Assembly (NCBI RefSeq): GCF_006345805.1
Contig: NC_042998.1
Coordinates: forward strand, 46,624,001 to 46,688,000
Source: Octopus sinensis
Taxonomy: Eukaryota
Reading direction: 5' to 3'
Length of the DNA stretch: 64,000 bases
Shown here one piece after another: positions 52,380 to 64,000 of the stretch. A program made the translations under genes and the position numbers. Within the stretch, counting starts at the first letter, position 1; every line of letters begins with the position of its first letter. The notes below the pieces were generated by a model, which saw nothing but the letters and a program-made list of their open reading frames with translations, searched no databases and had not been told where the DNA came from.

Positions 52380-52960
52380 GTATAATAAATGATGGGTTTG
52401 ATGCATTTCTTCAATTTTATTCTGTTTCTTTTTGATTGTCGAAGAGATATTTACACCAGCAGGGCAGTTTATCTCAATGACGGTGCATACTTTTTCCTGT
52501 CTATTCCAAACAACGATATCTTGTCCTTTTTACTCGGACTTGTGTTGATGTTTATGTATTCAATAACAAGGACGTTCTCTGTATTTATCTCAGGACAGTT
52601 TTTTTTTTATTCGAATGGGTTTGTGTATTGTTTTAGCGACAACGTCATATAGTGTTAGGAGATAGAACCCTTACGACATTTTCGGACAACTGTTGATCAC
52701 ATGTGTGGTGTCTTCCACGGAAAAGTAACTTAATTGACAATTTCGATTGCATTTTTGAGCTCCAAAGGTTTCATTGACTTTTGTTTATTAGGCAGATCGT
52801 AGCAATCTCCTGTTCTCGGATTGCAAATGCTTGGTTTTCGAATGATGTAGCGGTCACGAGTTCAAGAAAGGTCACACTTCATGTCGTTGATAGTATCATA
52901 CGGAAATCTTCGACAATCATACTCCTCTTGCGTAGCTTTTTTTTTTTTTGTATGCTGACC
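52380..52960 (-). mobile_element. R4/Dong-clade fragment: zinc knuckle and restriction-like endonuclease
   Basis: FENQAFAIREQEIAT, C..C....EDTTHVINSCPKMS (CCHC knuckle), DVVAKTIH, DIVVWNRQEKVCTVIEINCPAGVN (PD-(D/E)xK-type RLE); frameshifted. Confidence 0.8.
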
Positions 52961-53499
52961 GTTTCATAACCAGGTCTTTTTTTAGGTATATTAATCTCAC
53001 AGTTGAACACTGGGGTTGATGTAAAAATTTGAAACCAATATCATATAAACGTCTGATAACCAACTGATGTCTACTAGTGGGCAAGATTTATTTTTGTCTT
53101 TTATTTAGATGACATCTGCATTACACCTGTTCAGTTTTACTTAATTTTGCAGAGAGTTTGACAACATTTCGATACTTGCATTCTTGCATTTTCTATAGAA
53201 TGGATATGCTTGTCACGAAATTGATACTTCTTATATTTCGTTATACAGTTCTATCCTTCAATGAATTGCTCTGTATAGTGTTTTAGCAATAACAGTTTGC
53301 TTCATAGATAAAATGGGTGACGTTTTTGGACGACAGCTGGTGAAATGGGATACATTTTGGGGTTAATTTCACTGATTCTGTTCTGGTTACTCCATTCGGG
53401 TATTTTGTCTGTATCCAAATTTCATTTCATATCAGGTATTTTGTTGGTATTGCGAAATTTTGTCTGTCAATCTGTTTTTATGTATGTGTAAGGTGCATG

Positions 53500-53778
53500 T
53501 AAGGTCATGATATCCAGTTCACGGTCGTAACGTCGTGAGTTCGATACCCGGCCGCGCGCTGTGTCCTTGAGCAACATACTTTATTTCATGTTGCTTCAAC
53601 CCACTCATCTGATAAAAAGTAAGTGGTACCTGTATTTCCAGTGCCCATCCTTCACACTTTCTGTTTCACTGCGTTAAGAGTACGCATGTTTTGGGAAGTT
53701 CAGCTACCTGCACGTTAATTTCACGAACAGGATGTTCCGTTGATCGGATCAACTGGAACACGTGTCGTCGTAACCGAC
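53500..53778 (+). mobile_element. tRNA-derived SINE (another tail type)
   Basis: B box gagttcgataccc, core gtccttgagcaacatactttatttcatgttgc, tail gttccgttgatcggatcaactggaac..gtcgtcgtaaccgac. Confidence 0.75.
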
Positions 53779-54107
53779 AGACTGCCATATAATGTATGTA
53801 TATATGTATGAATATATCAGCATATGTGTATATGTGTATGTGTATATTGTCTTTGGGTTTTAGTTAAGTTCTTCTTAAGAGAGTTCAAGCCGGTCGCTAA
53901 CAAAGCGACATACCTTTTTGAGTTAATAGAATTCCCGGTGTTTGTAAATATTTGGTGTATTGGTGTTGAGCTGTAGATGCACGTATCCAAGTGTGTACAT
54001 CTATTCATCTAGAAAATCTCAGATAAAAAATCATGGGAATGTTTTACAAGTGTTCGCCGTGCCACTTATAGATTGGATTTGCTGAAACCGCCCTTTCTTT
54101 TGCTATG

Positions 54108-57100
54108 TATGTATGTATGTATGTATGTATGTATGTATGTATGTATGTATGTATGTATGTATGTATGTATGTAGGAACGTACGTACGTATGTATGTATAC
54201 ATGCATACATGTATGTAAGGTTTTCATGTGAATTTGTCTGATTATGTTGGCGCACAACCCGATTCTACGTAAAATGAGTGTAGGCGTGTCTGACTAAGTA
54301 AGGCAGGTCTTACAACTTATCAGAGGAGCCACACGCACACCGGGAAGTTAACTATGCATTATACAGAATTTATAATTTCAGAAAATGTAGAAATGAATGT
54401 GAATTACATGGTCGGACTAAAATGTCATATGAAAGGTCACCGAAACAATATTGTAAAACCAACTACAAGAGACACAGGTCGTTGCCACATTTGTGCAATA
54501 GAGTGTAATTCCGTATCAGGATTCAAAAGACATATTCATACTGCTCATGTTTTTAATACAGCAAGTAAGCGAAAGTATTATTCAAAATCTAGTTGCAGCC
54601 AGTATGTACGCATGTCCAGGAAATGACTTTAAACTACATCTGATAGTGGGACCCAAGTATGGCAGTTCCAGGGTTTCGAGGAGTGTGGGTCCACCTGTTA
54701 TCCACTGTCATTCCCAAGTCTATTCTGACCCGGAGTAGTAGCACTTGTTAGGCTCCCAGCTATGGGTTACTTAAAATATGAACCACTGGGAGTGAAGGAC
54801 CCTTAAAACTTCATTTTAACAGAGGGTAAATTCGTATTAAAAAACACTGATATGCAGTTGGCTCTAGTCGTATCGACCTCCGTAGTGCTACTGGTTTTCT
54901 AGCGGATTGCATTGAAAGTGGGGTCACTGCTGTGCAACAATTTACCCACTCAAAACAAATTCACGCAGAGATACTTCGTGGATACTCAGAGCGTTTGCAT
55001 GGTCTAACTGAGTCCAAGAAGTGGTCTTACTCGGTCTCAAGTTGACTTTCACTATCTGTGCATATTTTTGTATGTGAAGGCGCATGGTATAGTGGTTAGA
55101 GTGTTTCGTTCACGATCACGAGATCGGGTGATGCGTTGTGGGTCTTGAGTAAGTTACTTCGTCTCATATCACTCTGCGATCATTTCGACACCTGACGTTG
55201 CCTGAAGAGAAGCACGTTGTAACACTGCGCTTCTGTTCAGGCACCGTCGATTTGATCACTATAAACAAATCCTTTGTTCAGGTTGTTCGGAAAGAAATTG
55301 CAGAACCGTCTTTCTCGGTCTTCGGGAGACAACCACCATGAATATACGTAGATATGTTACGTCAAGTTATTCTCAGTGCTACTGCTTACATATAATCCCA
55401 TACAACCTGTCGTAGAATAGGTTTGTCGGCGATTAAAACGGCAACCCAACCAAATTTGTTTGGTGGAGTTGCCGGCTTAGGGGTTTTTTGTTGGACAACC
55501 GATAGGACGGAAAGCAAAATCTATTAAAGGTCGAATGAACTCAGTACAGTCAACAACCATCAAACAGCTGAGAGTGAAAAAGATCTAGTCTTTGTTGAGA
55601 GGGAAGTTCCGAAATAACACTCTTCCCATTGTAAAGCTGAAGTTTTTGCCCTCGCTTGTTTCCAGGTTACTTGGCTTTGAAGGTGAGAGTTGTAGCAGCG
55701 TTGTGCAAGCTCTTATTGGCTCTAGATGTCAGCACGGTCACTGCTGATAGTCATTGCCTTTAACATCTGAGATAAGATAATTTGTCAATGAAGGTCATAC
55801 TCATTTACGAGTTGACAACATCATGTATGTATGTATGTATGTATGTATGTATGTATGTATGTATGTATGTATGTATGTATGTATGTATGTATGTATGTAT
55901 GTATGTAGAAATGTACGTACGTATGTATGTATGTATGTATACATGCATACATGTATGTAAGGTCTTCATGTGAATTTGCCTGATTATGTTGGCGCACAAC
56001 CCGATTTTACATATAATGAGTGTAGGCGTGTCTGACTAAGTAAGACAGGTTTTACAATTTATCAGAGGAGCCACACTCACACTGGGAAGTTAACTATGCA
56101 TTATACAGAATTTATAATTTCAGAAAATGTAGGAATAAATGTGAATTACGTGGACGAACTAAAATGTCATATGAACGGTCTCCAAAACAATATTGTAAAA
56201 CCAACTACAAGAGACAGAGGTCGTTGCCACATTTGTGCAATAGAGTGTAATTCCGTATCAGGATTCAAAAGACATATTCATACTGCTCATGTTTTTAATA
56301 CAGCAAGTAAGCGAAAGTATTATTCAAAATCTAGTTGCAGCCAGTATGTTTGCATGTCCTGGAAATGACTTTAAACTACATCTGATAGTGGGACCCAAGT
56401 ATGGCAGTTCCAGGGTTTCGAGGAGTATGGGTCCACCTCTTATCCACTGTTGTTCCCAAGTTTATTCTGACCCGGAGTAGTAGCACTTGTTAGGCTCCCA
56501 GCTATGGGTTGATTAAAATATGAACCACTAGGAGTGAAGGACCCCTAAAATTTCTTTTTAACAGAAGGTAAATTCGTATTAAAAAACCCTGACGTGCAGT
56601 TGGTTCTAGTCGTATCGACCTCCGTAGTGCTACTGGTTTTCTAGCGGATTGCATTGAAAGTGGGTTCAGTGCTGTGCAACACTTTACCCACTCAAAACAA
56701 ATTCACGCAGAGGTACTTCGTGGATACTCAGAGCGTTTGCATGGTCTAACTGAGTCCAAGAAGTGGTCTTACTCGGTCTCAAGTTGACTTTCACTATCTG
56801 TGCATATTTTTGTATGTGAGGGCGCATGGTATAATGGCTAGAGTGTTTCGTTCACTATCGCGAGATCGAGTGATGCGTTGTAGGTCTTGAGTAAGTTACT
56901 TCGTCTCATATCACTCTGCGATCATTTCGACACCTGATGTTGCCTGAAGAGGAGCACGTTGTAACACTGCGCTTCTGTTCAAGCAACGTCGATTTGATCA
57001 CTATAAACAAATCCTTTGTTCAGGTTGTTCGGAAAGAAATTGCAGAACCGTCTTTCTCGGTCTTCGGGAGACAACCACCATGAATATACGTAGATATGTT

Positions 57101-57625
57101 ACGTCAAGTTATTCTCAGTGCTACTGCTTACATATAATCCCATACAACCTGTCGTATAATAGGTTCGTCGGCGATAAAACCGGCAACCCCAAATTTGTTT
57201 GGTGGAGTTGCCGGCTTAGGGGTTTTTTTGTTGGATAACCGATAGGACGGAAAGCAAAATCTATTAAAGGTCGAATGAACTCAGTACAGTCAACAACCAG
57301 CAAATAACTGGGAGTGAAAAAGACCTAGTCTTTGTTGAGAGGGAAATTCCGAAATAACACTCTTCCCATTGTAAAGCTGAAGTTTTTGCCCTCGCTTGTT
57401 TCCAGGTTACTTGGCTTTGAAGGTGGGAGTTGTAGCAGCGTTGTGCAAGCTCTTATTGGCTCTAGATGTCAGCACGGTCACTGCTGATAGTCATTGCCTT
57501 TAACATCTGAGATAAGATAATTTGTCAATGAAGGTCATACTCATTTACGAGTTGACAACATCATGTATGTATGTATGTATGTATGTATGTATGTATGTAT
57601 GTATGTATGTATGTATGTATGTATA
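54108..57625. repeat. Tandem duplication of a ~1.74-kb composite unit bounded by (TATG)n arrays
   Basis: Unit 1 ~54110-55822, unit 2 ~55823-57562; identical landmarks 1740-1742 bp apart. Each unit holds a C2H2-like RTE C-terminal fragment, a SINE and an RTE-5'-like piece. Confidence 0.97.
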
Positions 57626-57633
57626 TACGTATG

Positions 57634-57878
57634 TTCATCCGCCCTTTGACGGGTCTTATTATTCATCCTGCAGGGTGTCCAACAACACCCTCCTCACCAA
57701 GCAAGCCTGGTGGGGTTGCCAGTTTAGTCGCCAACGACCCGACCATGCGACAGGTTGTACTAGATTAATATGTTACCAGTAGCACTAAACTGGCAACCCC
57801 ACCAGGCTTGCTTGGTGGAAAGAGTGTTGTTGGACACCCTGCGGGATGAAAAATAAGACCTGTCAAAGGGTGGATGAA
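57634..57878. repeat. Fold-back inverted repeat, 95-bp arms and 55-bp loop
   Basis: 57634-57728 versus the reverse complement of 57784-57878: ~8 mismatches. Confidence 0.95.
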
Positions 57879-58079
57879 TTCCTGAACAGTCAATTTCTTT
57901 ATTAACCATGAGGTTGAGAAAAAGAGGGGACGATACTAGCATTGGGGTCAGGGGATCGAATGAGATGAAACGTATGAATAAACAATTAAAATATATATAC
58001 AATTAAATGAGGTGGACGGCCATCCAATAAAATGTCTGTAAACATGTATAGATCTTTTTTCCTTTTTTTCTTATATGTA

Positions 58080-58605
58080 TATATACGTATATTTTTACTT
58101 GTATATTTTTACTTTTACATATATATATATATTAATTTCATATCTATTAATTTTTTATATTTATATATAATTCTTATTCACACATCGTACCTCTTTTTTA
58201 TTTTTATATGTTATATATATATGTGTATATTTTTACTTTTACATATATATATATATTATTTTATATCTTTTAATTGCATATCTTTTACTTTTCTCTATAC
58301 AATATTATTTATATGTAATTCTTATTCACACATCGTACCTCTTTTTTATTTTTATATGTTTATATATATATGTGTATATTTTTACTTTTATATACATATT
58401 TATATTAATTTCATATCTATTAATTTTTTATATTTATATATAATTCTTATTCACACATCGTACCTCTTTTTTATTTTTATATGTTATATATATATGTGTA
58501 TATTTTTACTTTTACATATATATATATATTATTTTATATCTTTTAATTGCATATCTTTTACTTTTCTCTATACAATATTATTTATATATAATTCTTATTC
58601 ACATT
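58080..58605. repeat. AT-rich higher-order tandem repeat (148+125-bp dimer, period 273)
   Basis: Anchor ttcttattcaca at 58171, 58319, 58444 and 58592. Confidence 0.92.
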
Positions 58606-59099
58606 TGCAAATCACATATTGTATCTTTCTTTTTTTTATGAATGAGCTACTCAACATCGGTCACCGGAGTGATATTTGATCACTTTATAGACTGTGTAAG
58701 TGTCGGTTTGTGTTTCTGGAATGGGATAGCTTACCTCATGGGCGGGTAGAAGCTCTTTAACCTTGGTTGGTAATCTAGCTAGAAAGAAATCTCTGAAATA
58801 AAACCTGAGGCCTTGGAAGTTCCTGGTTTTATCAATTTTCATATCACACCGGCGAAAGTCATCTTGGGCCAATAGGTGGGGGTACTGCAGTGTAATCTAC
58901 ACCCACTGAAATTTATTCATCTGCACAGGTACTTCCTGTACTCCAAATCTTAGTAAAATCATTGAATTGATTAGTTGGTATAAACCTAAAAATGCACTTC
59001 TAACTTACTCTAAAATGTCTCAAACAGATTCCATAAATGGCGAAAAAGGCTTGGGAACGTCGGAGGACCAGGTCTGGCCCGGCAGGTGTCCCAGTCCTT

Positions 59100-61257
59100 G
59101 AACCCCAACTCAAACGAAGCTTACAGAAAGCTGAAAAGGAAAGTGCAAACTGCTCTAAGGAAAATTAAACAGGAATGGTGGAATGATGGAGCAAAAGGGG
59201 CATAAGAAGCAGCTGATAGAAATGATGCTAAAGGATGTATATGTTCCAAAATCTTCTTCAATAGCTCCAGTGAAAACAGAAAATGGACGTTTTCTTCTGA
59301 CTGATACGACTTTTATTCATAAGCGTTGGGTAGAACATTTTCCTGCACTTTTGAATAGACCATCATCCGTTGACATGAGGACGATAGAAAAAATCGAACA
59401 CCTTCCAGTTATAAAAGAGATAGCATTTGAACCAACTCTAAATGACATTTAACTGTGAATAAGCTGAATAACAAGTCTTCAGGGTCTGTGCAAAAGTTTT
59501 GAAATATGGGGGTGACAAAATAATTGAACCCTTAAATATATTAACTTGTCAGGACTGGATTGATGCCATTTTAGTCTCCTTGTATAAATCGGGGACAAAG
59601 GACCTGTGTGGTAATTTTCGTGGGATTTCGCTTTTGTCTGTAGTTGGAAAGGTATTTGTCCGCATTTTGCCCGAACGTTTAAATACCTTTATAGTTCCAA
59701 ATATAGGGTCTGAGTTTCAATGTGGTTTTCGTTCCTCCAGGGGCACAGCTGATTGCATCTTTACTGTCAGACAATTACAAGAAAAGTGCATTGAACAGAA
59801 TCTTACTCTATTGCTTTGTTGATTAGAACAAAGCATTCGATAATGTCAATCGAAATGTTCTGTGGCTAATTCTAAGGAAAATAGCTTGCCCAGAAAAATT
59901 TGTAAACATGATCAGGGCTTTGCATCAAAATATGAAAGCTAGAGTTAATTTTGGTGGTAGGCTCTCTGAATCTTTTACTGTGGAAAATGGAGTAAAGCAA
60001 GAAGACCTTGATGCACCCACCCTCTTTGCAATATACTTTGCTACTGTGTTGTCACATGCTTTTCAAAACTCTGAGGAGGGTATTTACATAAAATATCGAA
60101 CAATCGGGAATATTTTTAATCTGACCAAACTGAAATTCAAAATGAAGGTTTTTACTTCACTCATTTGGGAACTTTTGTATGCTGAGTCATTCTGAAACAG
60201 GTCTGCAATCTTTTGTATCTGCATTTGACTCGGCTTGTGATGATTTTGGCTTGACCATCAACTTGAAAAAAACAGTTGTAATTCATCAACTTACATGTGG
60301 TGCTGTTTGTAACCCGCCTAAAATTTTTGTTAATGGAAAGTTACTTGAGGTTGTCGATTCATTCGTCTACTTTGGAAGCTCTGTTCAAAATGATGGAAAT
60401 CTTGATACAGAAATACGAATTCAAAGGGCAGCAAAGGCATTTAGTGGCTTGGAGTCACGCGTTTGGTGCCAGCGACATATAAATAAGAATACAAAGCTGG
60501 CTCTTTGCAAATCGTTTGTCTTAGCATCTCTGTTGTATTCCTGTGAAACTTGGACTTGTTATGAAAGGCATTTTAAATTGTTAGAACAATTCCACCAAAA
60601 ATGCCTTCATCGTATTCTTTTACTCAAAACACAGATGCCCTTGCATCTGCAGGCATCACCTCAATTAAAGCTATGATTTTGAGGAACCAATTGAAATGGT
60701 GTAGCCATATTGTTCGAATGGCAGATGAACGCATGCCAAAACAGCTGTTTTATGGTGAGCTTGCAGAGGGGAAACGATATCGGTGTAAACCTAAGAAAAG
60801 GTTTAAGGACAGCATAAGGACTACTATGAAGTCACTTGGAATGATTCTAAAAGATATAGTAACCCTTGCTTCGGATCGAATTGGATAGCGAACAAAGGTG
60901 TGCAGTGGAGTGAAATCATTTGAAGAGGCCAGGATAACGCAAGTAAGACTCAAAAGAGATTCTAAGGAAGAATGTAACGATCTTCACCAACTATTCTGCC
61001 TACATGTTTGTGCACACCTTTGAATACAGTGTATGCCAGAAGGTTTGCTAATCCAACGGAGGCCTCAAAACACATTTTAAGATCCACAAAGAGCAGAACT
61101 TATCTACAGCTGTTGGTGGTCCAAATCGGAGGTGCGACTTATGTGGGTATCTTTTCAGAACATTGTCTGGTTTAAAAAGCCACATCAGATGCCATGATGG
61201 TGATAAAGTGTAGGTACAGGAGGTGGCCATACTCTGCATAAGGAGTAGACAGCCACC
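59100..61257 (+). mobile_element. Defective RTE-clade LINE (RT through C-terminal C2H2-like motifs), ending at a (TATG)n array
   Basis: KRWVEHF..LLNRPS, GNFRGISLLSVVGKVF, QCGFRSSRGTADCIFTVRQLQEKCIEQN, KAFDNV, FGLTINLKKT, LLYSCETWT, QLKWCSHIVRMADERMPKQLFYGEL, CDLCGYLFRTLSGLKSHIRCH. No endonuclease domain seen. An RTE 5' UTR-like piece lies at ~58700-58820. Confidence 0.95.
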
Positions 61258-63020
61258 ATGTATGTATGTAAGTATGTATGTATGTATGTATGTATGTATG
61301 TATGTATGTATGTATGTATGTATGTATGTATGTATGTATGTATATGTATGTATGTATGTGTGTGTGTATGTATGTATGTCATTATTCAGTTGTATTTCAA
61401 GAGTTCTTGCCAATAGCGAAAGAGCCGGTTTCTAACCTAGAGCCAAGGCTCCTTCGTTGGAATTTCGACATCAACAGTTGGGTATTTTGCATGTATGCGT
61501 ACGTGCAGTCTTGTATGGTCAGTTTTATGTATGTTTTCTCTTGCATATCTAGACATGTTCATATACACTTAAATGATAAACTTCTGGAAAGTTTTACAGA
61601 TTTTTACAGTTCTAGTGATGGATTGGATCTGTAGTCTTTGAAACAGCTTTCTCCTTTCTGGTATTGAGAAGCCTAATTTTTCAAGATTGGTATTTAAAAC
61701 AGTGTGTTACATGTATGTATGTATGTATGTATGTATGTATGTATGTATGTATGTATGTATGTATGTATGTATGTATGTATTTATGTATGTATGTATGTGT
61801 ATGTATGTATATGTATGCATGCATGTATATGTATATGCTTGTATGTGTGTATGTGTGTGCGTGCGTGTATGTATGTGTGTGTACGCATGTATGTATGTGC
61901 TTGTACACGCGTATATTTATGTCAGTGTGCACTCATGTATGCATCTACCCACCTATATATATGTGTATAAATACGTGTGTGCATATATGTATGTATGGTC
62001 TGGTTTAAAGTTTCAAATTATTTTCTCCTGTACTCGCAATTCCTCACCCCCCACATGAAATCTTATGATCTATTTGTTTATTCTTCTGAATGGGTATAAT
62101 TTAGCATAACTTTTCAATTAATAGCTATAATGAAGATTTACTGTACCACATGACTTCCGTGTACACACACACACTCATACATACTCACATAGAATCAGAT
62201 ACATACATACACACACACACACACCCTTGTATACAGACATACCCCCTCCACACACCTCCACACATACATATATATCTACCCACTCGCCACACATCAAAAC
62301 CATTTTAGCTTCAGTCTAACTAAATTCTTTGCATACTTCTCTCATTGTTAAAAATTGTTCTTGTTGCCAAGCACAAACAAGGTCAATAGACATAAATGTA
62401 TAAAAATATATTTACTTATTCTGAGTTTTTGCTATGTAGTTGTGTATCTTAAAGGATTCGTACAAAAAAGTATTAAGTGTATTTTCTGTATTTCTTCTCA
62501 TACTTTTTAAAAATCTAGTTTATGCGACATACATGTTCACACCAAGTTATTTTTGGTAGGACCTAAACATCCTCAACCCTTGTGTATAAAGAAGCTTAAA
62601 TCTCTTTGTGACCAGTCGCATGAGAGTCGACAACGTGAAAGCTTTAGAACTGGCCGAATCACAGACACACCACGATAAATAAATATATAAACATTATTCC
62701 TCTCTATCACGTGGTATTGTGTACGGTATTTTTCTAAATCGAAATCATACCAATGTCATACTACCGATTCACAGAAGAAAAAAAATAGACATGCTTAAAA
62801 TCGTTTATCTTCTGAGCAGCAACTCTCGTTCTCTGCCGCTACCTCTGTATATACAACTTCCTATAAGACCACCACGTCTAAGTGATATACTGACTGGATT
62901 TAAAATGCAGACCACTAAAATTTATGGCAAAACTGATACAGCAAGATGGAATAAACAGAATATTATTCGTAATCATTCCGACAGCAAAGCAAACAAGAGA
63001 ATGCAGCCAGAAATTCTACA

Positions 63021-63238
63021 TTTACTCTTTTACTCTTTTACTTGTTTCACTCATTTGACTGTGGCCATGCTGGAGCACCGCTTTTAGTTGAACAAATCGA
63101 CCCTAGGACTTATTCTTTTTAAGCCTAGTACTTATTCTATCGGTCTCTTTTGCCGAGCCTCTAAGTTACGGGGTCGTAAACACACCAGCATCGGTTGTCA
63201 AGCGATGTTGGGAGGATAAACACAGACACACAAACACA

Positions 63239-63304
<66 letters not shown>

Positions 63305-63462
63305 CGACGGGCTTCTTTCAGTTTCCGTCTACCAAATTCACTCACAAGACTTTGGTCGGCCCGAGGCTATAGTAGAAGACACTTGCTCAAGATGTCCCGC
63401 AGTGGGACTGAACCCGGAACCATGTGGTTCCTAAGTAAGCTACTTACCACACAGCCACTCCT
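63021..63462 (-). mobile_element. Complete OR-type composite SINE
   Basis: Reverse complement of the 39502-39910 pattern, with internal (CA)n(TA)n. Confidence 0.93.
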
Positions 63463-64000
63463 ACGAGAAAAACGAAACAGGACTTCAGACTTGGACCGTG
63501 GAGTAAATGTGGCTACGCAAAAGATCATCATGCAAGGCAAAATAATGCTGGATCTATATAAAAAGAAAACAAAAATGTGACATACAAGGTATTCCAGAAC
63601 CCCGTAAGAGGTTTTTCTCCTTTAGTTTCCCCTATGTCTTTCTCACTTCGCTTCTTCTCACCACCGTTATAAGAAGAAAATCAATCGTCGTTAACTTTAA
63701 CTTAAGTTTTGTGTACAAATGACCTTAGATAAAGTACTTTGAAAATCACAAGTAATGCCGTGCTGAAGATTCCAAAACAGGATGAAATAATGCCATACAC
63801 GGCCACTATGGTGATAATAAAGAATAATAATAAGAGAGCAAAATATTTTTTAAATCTCTAAACGAGATACAAGTAATAACAACACTAGACGGAACGTCTT
63901 TTTGCCACTATAACATGGCTGTTCTATAAAGAACTGTTACTACATTTTGAGGGAGCGAATCACTCCCTTACTCACAATATATCAGACACAGGTTGCAAAA

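Noticed and set aside
58032-58679. 215-aa hydrophobic ORF resembling a membrane protein
   Set aside because: It comes from the T-biased AT-rich tandem repeat.
63465-63560. Minus-strand SSIILPCMMIFCVATF resembling a Cys-loop receptor M1 helix
   Set aside because: The match is limited to IILPC, the spacing to the M1-M2 linker is wrong, and the frame runs into a SINE without a donor.

Overview
This is repeat-dense eukaryotic DNA, almost certainly from an octopod cephalopod. That assignment rests on my recognising the SINE families and repeat landscape, not on a database search. I could not support any host protein-coding gene. Nearly all ORFs in the track are translations of microsatellites ((TA)n, (TATG)n, (TATC)n, (TAA)n, (CA)n, (GA)n, trinucleotide runs) or pieces of decayed transposon genes. 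Retroelements: more than 30 tRNA-derived SINE copies from several families, an RTE-clade LINE (~59.1-61.25 kb), two R4/Dong-type fragments, a Tx1-type 3' end, a CR1-type 3' end, and Penelope-like fragments with a hammerhead-like motif. DNA transposons: two full-length but broken mariners, Tc1 and maT fragments, a probable hAT remnant, several MITEs (one Merlin-like with TTAGGG repeats) and a complete non-autonomous Helitron. The best leads are: (i) elements that sit inside specific microsatellites (Tx1-like in (TATC)n; a fixed-end ~530-bp element in (TAA)n), with an apparent SINE partner sharing the Tx1 3' end; (ii) a crossed, pseudoknot-topology inverted-repeat module at 25.25-25.67 kb; (iii) a 357-bp module present twice with identical ends; (iv) a 1.74-kb tandem duplication bounded by (TATG)n; (v) long fold-back hairpins; (vi) a candidate 8-nt microexon. 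Repeat boundaries were read by eye and are approximate unless TSDs or TIRs are quoted.
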